Assembly (NCBI GenBank): GCA_902727905.1
Contig: CACVAR010000125.1
Coordinates: 1-36,202 of the forward strand
DNA: 36,202 nt
Source of the DNA: an uncultured Sulfurovum sp.
GTDB taxonomy: Bacteria; Campylobacterota; Campylobacteria; Campylobacterales; Sulfurovaceae
Direction: 5' to 3'
Shown: one piece after another, positions 29,648-36,202 of the stretch
Layout: each line of letters opens with the position of its first letter
How positions within the stretch are numbered: position 1 is the stretch's first letter
The notes under the pieces: generated by a model
Databases searched by the model: none
The model's input: only the letters and a program-made list of their open reading frames with translations
What the model was told of the DNA's origin: nothing
Position numbers and translations under genes: made by a program

Positions 29648-31114
29648 ATGGTGAAGAGGTTAATTTTATTTGTTCATGGTTTAGGTGGTAGTGATGAGAC
29701 TTGGGGAGAGTTTCCAGAACTACTAAAAAATGATAATGCTTTTAGTGGTTTTGAAGTTAAGTCCTATAGCTATCGTAGTAAAATTGTTAGAAACAAAAAC
29801 ATTGTGGCGCTTTTTTCTAAAGTTTTTGCTTTTATTACCCCTCAACAACGCTTACCCAAAATTCAAGATGTGGCTGACCTTTTAAAAACTGAGATAGAAG
29901 AGCGTTATGATACTTATGATGAAATCTATTTGGTCACCCACAGTATGGGTGGCTTGGTAGCACGTAAGTATCTTTATGAGATGTTAAAATCTAAATCTCC
30001 TTTACAAGTTAAAAAGTTAATGCTTTATGCTGTACCAAACAATGGTTCTGACTGGGCGAAACTGGCTTCTTTTTACAAGCATGAGCAGATAGAACAGCTA
30101 AACCGTGAGAGTGATTTTATGCAACACTTAAACAATGAGGTGGACAACATTGAACTTGAAAAAGCGTTAAAGGTTCTTTATGTTGTTGGTAAGTATGATG
30201 ATGTGGTAGATGAAAGTTCTGCTAGAGGTTACTGGGGTAACAAGAGTGTCAAGTCTCTACCCAATACCCATACGGACATAGTAAAGCCTAAAGATGCTGA
30301 TGATTTGTCATTTTTGGTTTTGAAAAACTTTTTAACCAGTAAAGAAGAGCTTGATGAAACTCATGAAAAACTCATAACATCTAAAACCCTGACCTCCTCT
30401 TTTGCCAATGCTACTTACGATACTTTAAGTTCCGACCGTTTGGTGGTTTGTTATCATCAAGACCATGTGGATGTGGCTTATGAACAAGAGGCATTAAAAC
30501 AGAAGTTACAAGCGAGTTTTCAGGAGCATTTTTATCATATAGAAGTACCTTCTGACGAGAGTAGTGAAGCTGAATATTTTCAAAAGCTTTCAAATGCCAT
30601 TGGTAGACAAGGTAGTGTAAAATCAGCCAATAAGTGGAAGTTTGAAATGAAAAAGAGGCTTAATGGTACACATGCTAGGGTGGTTTTTTTATTTACGAAC
30701 ATTGCTAATGGTAATGAAGCCCTAAATGTCAAGATGGGTAAAGCAATTCGTTCTTTAAAAACTGACCATCAAAACTTTTATGCTCTTTGTGTGGGACGAA
30801 AAGATTTAGCTTACTTGGTTCATGGTAACCGTACTTTGTCTCCGTTGAACACAGCGACAGAACTCTTTTTTCCTATGAATGATGTCTCTTTGTCTGAATA
30901 CCAAGTAGTACAAACACTCAAAGGGCTAAAAGAAAACAAAGAGAGCATTTGTGACTGTTTAGAAACATCGTGGTCTGAGAGTTGGTCAACATGGAGTTAT
31001 GAAAAGGGCATTAATGAACTGTTTTGGAAAAGCATATTGGTTAATGAACATGGCAAATATGCATGGCGAAAAAGTAGTTATAGAGGCATTGTAAAAGAGG
31101 TTTTAGGGTGTTAA
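29648..31114 (+). CDS. Alpha/beta hydrolase (PGAP1/DUF676-like) fused to a degenerate STAND/AAA-like domain
   Basis: FVHGLGG, THSMGG (Ser99), AVPNNGS, YDDVV, THTDIVK; C-terminal half has VVFLFTN...AIRSL...LCVG...LSPLN without Walker A. Confidence 0.75.
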   Translation: MVKRLILFVHGLGGSDETWGEFPELLKNDNAFSGFEVKSYSYRSKIVRNKNIVALFSKVFAFITPQQRLPKIQDVADLLKTEIEERYDTYDEIYLVTHSMGGLVARKYLYEMLKSKSPLQVKKLMLYAVPNNGSDWAKLASFYKHEQIEQLNRESDFMQHLNNEVDNIELEKALKVLYVVGKYDDVVDESSARGYWGNKSVKSLPNTHTDIVKPKDADDLSFLVLKNFLTSKEELDETHEKLITSKTLTSSFANATYDTLSSDRLVVCYHQDHVDVAYEQEALKQKLQASFQEHFYHIEVPSDESSEAEYFQKLSNAIGRQGSVKSANKWKFEMKKRLNGTHARVVFLFTNIANGNEALNVKMGKAIRSLKTDHQNFYALCVGRKDLAYLVHGNRTLSPLNTATELFFPMNDVSLSEYQVVQTLKGLKENKESICDCLETSWSESWSTWSYEKGINELFWKSILVNEHGKYAWRKSSYRGIVKEVLGC

Positions 31115-31156
31115 ATTTAATTGGTTATAATAGAAATAAAGTTAAAAGGATAAAAA

Positions 31157-31438
31157 ATGGTGATTACTCTAAAAATTGATAATCCTGATATAGAAAAAGA
31201 GTTAACACATTTTGTCAAACAGCAAAAAGAGGTTAGTGTTGAAGCTTTAAGAAATTTTTTAAACTCTTTTCAAAATAAAGAGAAGTTTGACTTTAAGAAA
31301 AAAGACCCTAAAAAGCATAGTCGTAAAATTACTTATATAGATGAAGAGAATGAAGATTTATCTGATGTAAAACCTTATGCACATATTGAAGACAGTGGTC
31401 AATACATTCATGATTTAAGAAGAAAAAGAAACCGATAA
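31157..31438 (+). CDS. Probable antitoxin, orphaned
   Basis: 93 aa; TATAAT at 31126 and AAGGA RBS; C-terminal YIHDLRR; TAATG overlap with a PIN remnant. Confidence 0.6.
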   Translation: MVITLKIDNPDIEKELTHFVKQQKEVSVEALRNFLNSFQNKEKFDFKKKDPKKHSRKITYIDEENEDLSDVKPYAHIEDSGQYIHDLRRKRNR

Positions 31439-31533
31439 TGGTGATTGTTGATACTTGTATGGTTTATGATTTACCTCTGTGGACACATAACAAAAAAGAT
31501 TTTCAATTTTTAGATATAGCTTTGTATACGTAG
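31438..31533 (+). pseudogene. Internally deleted PIN/VapC toxin remnant
   Basis: Reads MVIVDT-CMVYDLPLWTHNKKDFQFLDIALYT*: PIN first strand joined directly to the PIN C-terminal motif. Confidence 0.75.
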
Positions 31534-31629
31534 GTGTGACCATGTCACACAACAAATTTCGGAAACAATTAAATGAAAACTTTTAAATCCATTGAAATAT
31601 ATTTAAGCGTGTGACACGGTCACACCTAC
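31530..31629. repeat. Inverted pair of GTAG-family REPs (REPIN-like, 100 bp)
   Basis: GTAGGTGTGACCATGTCACAC (31530-31550) and the reverse complement of GTAGGTGTGACCGTGTCACAC (31609-31629); 20/21 identical; each has a 7-bp hairpin. Confidence 0.8.
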
Positions 31630-31639
31630 AGGAAGCACT

Positions 31640-34600
31640 ATGAAAAAACTACTACCCCTTCTTCTCCTACTCTTCAGCACACTCTACGCAAGTACCACAG
31701 CACTGCCCACACTTGTACCTCAAGGTGAAAGCCTAAAAGGCTTCAACAACAACTATTACATTGACAATCGTTCCCCCATTAACGCCATAGCCATTAGTGA
31801 AGATGGCAAGTATATCGTGTCAGGTTCATCTGATAAGAGCATCAAAATATGGGATAGGAGCACAGGCGAGCTGGAAAGGAGCCTCACAGGGCATACAGGA
31901 AGTATATATTCAGTCGCGATAAGTAGAGATGGGAAAACCATCGTGTCAGGTTCATCTGATAAGAGCATCAAAATATGGGATAGGAGCACAGGCGAGCTGG
32001 AAAGGAGCCTCACAGGGCATACAGGAAGTATATATTCAGTCGCGATAAGTAGAGATGGGAAAACCATCGTGTCAGGTTCATCTGATAAGAGCATCAAAAT
32101 ATGGGATAGGAGCACAGGCGAGCTGGAAAGGAGCCTCACAGGGCATACAGGAAGTATATATTCAGTCGCGATAAGTAGAGATGGGAAAACCATCGTGTCA
32201 GGTTCAGATGATAAGAGCATCAAAATATGGGATAGGAGCACAGGCGAGCTGGAAAGGAGCCTCACAGGGCATACAAATTGGGTAAGGTCAGTCGCGATAA
32301 GTAGAGATGGGAAAACCATCGTGTCAGGTTCAGATGATAAGAGCATCAAAATATGGGATAGGAGCACAGGCGAGCTGGAAAGGAGCCTCACAGGGCATGA
32401 TTCATTAGTATTATCAGTCGCGATAAGTAGAGATGGGAAAACCGTCGTGTCAGGTTCATATGATAAGAGCATCAAAATATGGGATAGTAACAAAACAAGT
32501 GCGTTGAAGTCATTGATAGGGGTGCAGAGAGGAAATTGGTTGGTCAAAAACCATGAAGAGGCTAATTTTACTAGAGGGGATGATGGGACACTACTTTTAG
32601 CGAAAAAAACTTTTAAAGCTGTTCAAGCTCAATGGTATGTTACACAAAAAAGTGTAGATGATATTAACTTAAGTATGGAAAAGAGACATTTAAAATTTAA
32701 TAACAATGAAAAAGCAAAACTCGTGCTTCAACTCAAAAATCTTGATCAAAATATCTCTGTTTTATCACTTAAAGGTGAAAGTAAACATCTGTTGGTTATC
32801 CCAAAAAGAGTTGGGGTACTTAAAGCTTCTGAAACAAGAGACGTAGCTTTAGATGTTTTTGCTAAGGTATCGCGAGATGACCCTAAGTTCATAGAAAATG
32901 AAGAGCTTAACCTTACCTGTACTACCCCTAAAGGTCAAGTGTTTAATCTTACAGTTTTTGTTTCTATAGATTTTTCTACTTTAAAAGTGGAAAGTGCCGT
33001 TTTGTCAAAAGATGAAAAGACCTTTTCAGTCAAAGTTAGAAATGTTGGTAACAAAGCATTAGCAAAAGCAAAAGTAAAACTTGAAGCACCCTTTTCTGCT
33101 GCTTCTCAAGATTTAGAGAACTTAGAAGTGGATGGAAATAAAACATTTCTTTTCTCTGTACCACCTGATGTCAATATAAGCATAAATGAGAAAAGTCTTT
33201 TTAAATTTTCTGTTTCCATAGCCAATGAAAAGGAGATACTTAGAAACCCAGCAGGAACAAAGATAGCCCCTGCGTATGTTTGGCATTTTGACAATGGACA
33301 TGTGACCATCTCTTTAGATAAATTGGCTTGGTACATTTATGCTTTATGGGTGCTAACAGGTTTAGTAGTTTTAGGCTTAATTTTCTATTTCCGTCGTTAC
33401 CGAAATACCTTGGTACTACAACTTCAAAACAATCCAAAGTCTCTTTTAACTTTAAGTCCAATACTCTTAAGCGAAGCAAAAGAAAAATTATTAAAAATAA
33501 ATGAACTAGAGAGTGTTTTAAAAACTTTAGACATTAAGCCAAAGACCTTTGACCAAGCCTTAGCATTTTTTGAAAGTTCAGAAGAAGAACAAGTAAACCT
33601 ACTGAGTAAAAAACTAGAAGCCACGTACCAAAAAGAGGGAGAGTACTACCGTGTTAATTTACCTGAAGCCTTTAACTTAAACAGCATTAACAGTTTTTTG
33701 GTTTATCTTAGCGATGCCTCTGCAAGTAGCATTAGTAAAAAAGTCATTGGCAAACAAGAGAAGGTTTTGGTACTGTGTGAAAGCAGTGAACAAAATGCTG
33801 TGGCAAAAAAAGCCCATGAAAAAACAAACTTTATGATAGCCCCTACGGTAGAACAGCTAACAGAACTTCTACTTGCTTCAGAAGCACAAGAGTTACTCAT
33901 AGAGATATTTGCCGACTGTCTCTTAGCTAAAGAGGTTTCGCCTTATCAGACCAATGGAGATATTAAAAATGAGTCAAACTTTTTTGGTAGGGTTGAGATT
34001 ATTCGTGATATATTGGGAAGCAACAAAAACTACCTTATCGTTGGTTCACGGCAGTTGGGTAAGTCTTCGGTATTGCGTGCGTTAAAACGTCGTTATGATG
34101 AGCATGACCATGTGGAAGCTTACTACATTACCATGGATGACGAGCAGATACTGTTAGAGATGAAAAATGCTTTAGGCTTAGAGGAAAGTTTAGAACTTAA
34201 AGAGATGGTCTCTTACCTCTCACAAAAAGAGAAAAAGTCCATTTTCCTCATAGATGAAGCAGACGAATTCATAGCAGCTGATGCCGAAAATGACTATAAA
34301 GTCACCAAAGCCTTTAGAAAACTGGCACAAGAGGGGAAAGCAACCTTTGTCATTACTGGCTTTTGGACAATGTATTACTACGTAACCAATGACTACCATG
34401 CACCCTTTAGAAACTTTGGAGAGCTTGTAAAACTTGGTGGACTCGACGATGAAGCCTGTAGAGACCTTATGGTTGAACCGATGAAACGCATTGGCATTAA
34501 GTATGAAAATGAAGCGATGATTGACCAGCTCATTAAACGTTGTGGTAACCGTGCAAACCTCATAGCCATTACTTGTCATGAAGTTTTAAAAGTACTCGAT

Positions 34601-34984
34601 GGCAACGTCATAAGCCAAGAGAACATAGAACAAGTCATACGGCACTCGACTTTAGAAGACTACTTAAAAGGGTGGCAAACAATCAGTTTGAATGAAGAAG
34701 AAAACACCTTAGACAGAGCCATACTCTTTTTAACACTCAACGAAGAGCAGTTTAGACTTGGAGATGTTTTAGTGCTGTTGGCAGGTGTAGGGTTGGCTTC
34801 AGCCGATGAAAACAAAGTAAATGAAAGTTTAGAACGCTTGGTTATAGGGTACTTTTTAGAAAAAGACCGAGGTAATTACAGCTACCGAGTCCCTCTGTTT
34901 AAAGAGAAGCTTTTGTATGAAGACATAGAGGTATTGTTAAAGCGTGAAGTACGTAAGTTGAGTAAGATTATAGATGTTAACTAA
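31640..34984 (+). CDS. Single-pass membrane protein: signal peptide, WD40 propeller, beta-rich stalk, TM helix, cytoplasmic STAND/AAA ATPase
   Basis: Signal MKKLL...LYA; six WD repeats; TM aa 562-584 followed by RRYR; SPY...FFGR, Walker A GSRQLGKS (34043), Walker B IFLIDE (34241), CGNRANL. Confidence 0.88.
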   Translation: MKKLLPLLLLLFSTLYASTTALPTLVPQGESLKGFNNNYYIDNRSPINAIAISEDGKYIVSGSSDKSIKIWDRSTGELERSLTGHTGSIYSVAISRDGKTIVSGSSDKSIKIWDRSTGELERSLTGHTGSIYSVAISRDGKTIVSGSSDKSIKIWDRSTGELERSLTGHTGSIYSVAISRDGKTIVSGSDDKSIKIWDRSTGELERSLTGHTNWVRSVAISRDGKTIVSGSDDKSIKIWDRSTGELERSLTGHDSLVLSVAISRDGKTVVSGSYDKSIKIWDSNKTSALKSLIGVQRGNWLVKNHEEANFTRGDDGTLLLAKKTFKAVQAQWYVTQKSVDDINLSMEKRHLKFNNNEKAKLVLQLKNLDQNISVLSLKGESKHLLVIPKRVGVLKASETRDVALDVFAKVSRDDPKFIENEELNLTCTTPKGQVFNLTVFVSIDFSTLKVESAVLSKDEKTFSVKVRNVGNKALAKAKVKLEAPFSAASQDLENLEVDGNKTFLFSVPPDVNISINEKSLFKFSVSIANEKEILRNPAGTKIAPAYVWHFDNGHVTISLDKLAWYIYALWVLTGLVVLGLIFYFRRYRNTLVLQLQNNPKSLLTLSPILLSEAKEKLLKINELESVLKTLDIKPKTFDQALAFFESSEEEQVNLLSKKLEATYQKEGEYYRVNLPEAFNLNSINSFLVYLSDASASSISKKVIGKQEKVLVLCESSEQNAVAKKAHEKTNFMIAPTVEQLTELLLASEAQELLIEIFADCLLAKEVSPYQTNGDIKNESNFFGRVEIIRDILGSNKNYLIVGSRQLGKSSVLRALKRRYDEHDHVEAYYITMDDEQILLEMKNALGLEESLELKEMVSYLSQKEKKSIFLIDEADEFIAADAENDYKVTKAFRKLAQEGKATFVITGFWTMYYYVTNDYHAPFRNFGELVKLGGLDDEACRDLMVEPMKRIGIKYENEAMIDQLIKRCGNRANLIAITCHEVLKVLDGNVISQENIEQVIRHSTLEDYLKGWQTISLNEEENTLDRAILFLTLNEEQFRLGDVLVLLAGVGLASADENKVNESLERLVIGYFLEKDRGNYSYRVPLFKEKLLYEDIEVLLKREVRKLSKIIDVN
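31814..32487 (+). repeat. Tandem 126-bp (42-aa) WD40 repeat array, about 5.3 copies
   Basis: Units start at 31814, 31940, 32066, 32192, 32318, 32444; units 1-3 are identical at DNA level. Confidence 0.97.
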
Positions 34985-35960
34985 AGAAAATATTAGCTTA
35001 TTACAATCAAGTAAAAACCTATTGGCTTTTTCAGCAGGGGTAGACTCTTCTGCACTCTTTTTTTTGTTGCTTGAACATAAGATAAAATTTGACATTACTT
35101 TGGTGAACTATGGCTTACGAGAGCAGAGTGATGAAGAAGAGGCTTATGCTTTGGAGTTAGCTAAAGAGTATGGTTTTAAAGCTTACACTATAAAAGCTCC
35201 TAGTTTTGAAAATAACTTTGAAAAAAATGCGCGTGATTTTCGCTATGCTTTTTTTGATGAATTGATGGAAAAACATGAGTATCATAATTTATTAACAGCT
35301 CATCAGTTAAATGACCAATTAGAGTGGTTTTTAATGCGTTTGACTAAAGGAGCAGGTACGGTTGAGCTTTTGGGTTTAGAGCATGTTTCAGAACGTAAGA
35401 ATTATAAGTTGCTTCGTCCTTTGTTAAAGTATAGTAAAGATGAGTTACTTGAGTATTTGGAAGTTCATAAGCATAAATATTTTGTAGATGAGAGTAACCA
35501 TAGTCAAAAGTATGAACGTAATCAGTTTCGAGCAAAGTTTTCTAATGAGCTTATTGAACACTATGCTGAGGGAATTAAACGTAGTTTTGACTATTTGGAA
35601 GAAGATAAAAAAGTTTTGAGTGCTGGGTATGAAGTGCTTTATCATGAAAAAGAACTTTATGTGTTGGCTTATGAGAGGAGAGAATTAATTGTTAGGCTTG
35701 TCGATAAGTATCTTAAAAAGTTAGGCTATTTACTTTCAGGAAAACAAAGAGAAGCGTTAAAGAAAGAAAACTCTGTAGTTTTTGGAAATCTATGGGCTGT
35801 TGAGGTGGGGGATAAGCATATTTATATAGCACCCTATAGAACTTCTGCTATGCCAAAGAAATTTAAAGAAGCATGTCGGCAGCTTAAAATTCCTTCTAAA
35901 GTTAGACCTTACTTAAATGAGGAAATAATGGAACTTACAAAGTTTCCAAAGTTATTTTAG
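34974..35960 (+). CDS. tilS: tRNA(Ile)-lysidine synthetase
   Basis: AFSAGVDS, NYGLR, ARDFRY, TAHQLNDQLE, RPLL, DESN, RNQFR. Confidence 0.95.
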   Translation: MLTKENISLLQSSKNLLAFSAGVDSSALFFLLLEHKIKFDITLVNYGLREQSDEEEAYALELAKEYGFKAYTIKAPSFENNFEKNARDFRYAFFDELMEKHEYHNLLTAHQLNDQLEWFLMRLTKGAGTVELLGLEHVSERKNYKLLRPLLKYSKDELLEYLEVHKHKYFVDESNHSQKYERNQFRAKFSNELIEHYAEGIKRSFDYLEEDKKVLSAGYEVLYHEKELYVLAYERRELIVRLVDKYLKKLGYLLSGKQREALKKENSVVFGNLWAVEVGDKHIYIAPYRTSAMPKKFKEACRQLKIPSKVRPYLNEEIMELTKFPKLF

Positions 35961-36201
35961 CATTGACTATTTCGTCTTCAGTTGTGAATTCTAGGTCATC
36001 ATTAATTTGTACATAGTACTTCAACGATAGGGTATCAAGAAAAGTATGAAACTTTTTTAAGTCTTCTTTCTTCATTTGAATATTAATGATGTATTGTTTT
36101 TCTTCAAGGGGCTGAGTTGTGACTTTTGAAAAAAGTAATTCGGTATCTTTTTTAAAAAGTGCTTCAGAAAACTTTCTGGGCTTTTCATTTATGCCGTGTT
36201 T
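35935..36201 (-). CDS. 3' part of a hypothetical protein continuing beyond the window
   Basis: 88 open codons (KHGINEKPRKF...AKITLETL*) running in from the window edge; converges on tilS. Confidence 0.6.
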   Translation of the reverse strand, partial: KHGINEKPRKFSEALFKKDTELLFSKVTTQPLEEKQYIINIQMKKEDLKKFHTFLDTLSLKYYVQINDDLEFTTEDEIVNAKITLETL

Positions 36202-36202
36202 T

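Noticed and set aside
31814-32487. Diversity-generating retroelement template/variable repeat
   Set aside because: No reverse transcriptase in the window, and differences between units are not confined to adenines
31756-32547. 263-aa antisense ORF over the WD40 repeats
   Set aside because: A stop-free 126-bp unit repeated in frame produces this automatically; no independent coding signal
29648-34984. Prophage or IS-borne island
   Set aside because: No integrase, transposase, phage genes or flanking direct repeats seen

Overview
AT-rich bacterial chromosome segment. Gene content and order (nnr-purN, aroC-rnc-rnhA-lapB-like/dnaG, rimO...tilS, Tat-exported Rieske plus flavocytochrome c sulfide dehydrogenase flavoprotein) suggest a sulfur-oxidising Campylobacterota, probably Sulfurovum-like (inference). 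Housekeeping blocks alternate with accessory inserts: a 5'-truncated ABC-type ATPase + HNH pair (Septu/retron-effector-like), two tandem PIN toxin-antitoxin modules, two identical tRNA-Glu genes and an MMPL/LolA-like/outer-membrane-barrel operon. The most interesting region is a ~5.3 kb island between rimO and tilS. It encodes an alpha/beta-hydrolase fused to a catalytically dead STAND-like domain, an orphan antitoxin with an internally deleted PIN toxin, a GTAG REP doublet, and a 1114-aa protein with signal peptide, near-identical 126-bp WD40 repeats varying at a few codons, beta-rich stalk, one TM helix and a cytoplasmic STAND ATPase. This looks like a candidate transmembrane NLR-like sensor/effector pair. 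All assignments come from reading motifs by eye; no database searches were run.
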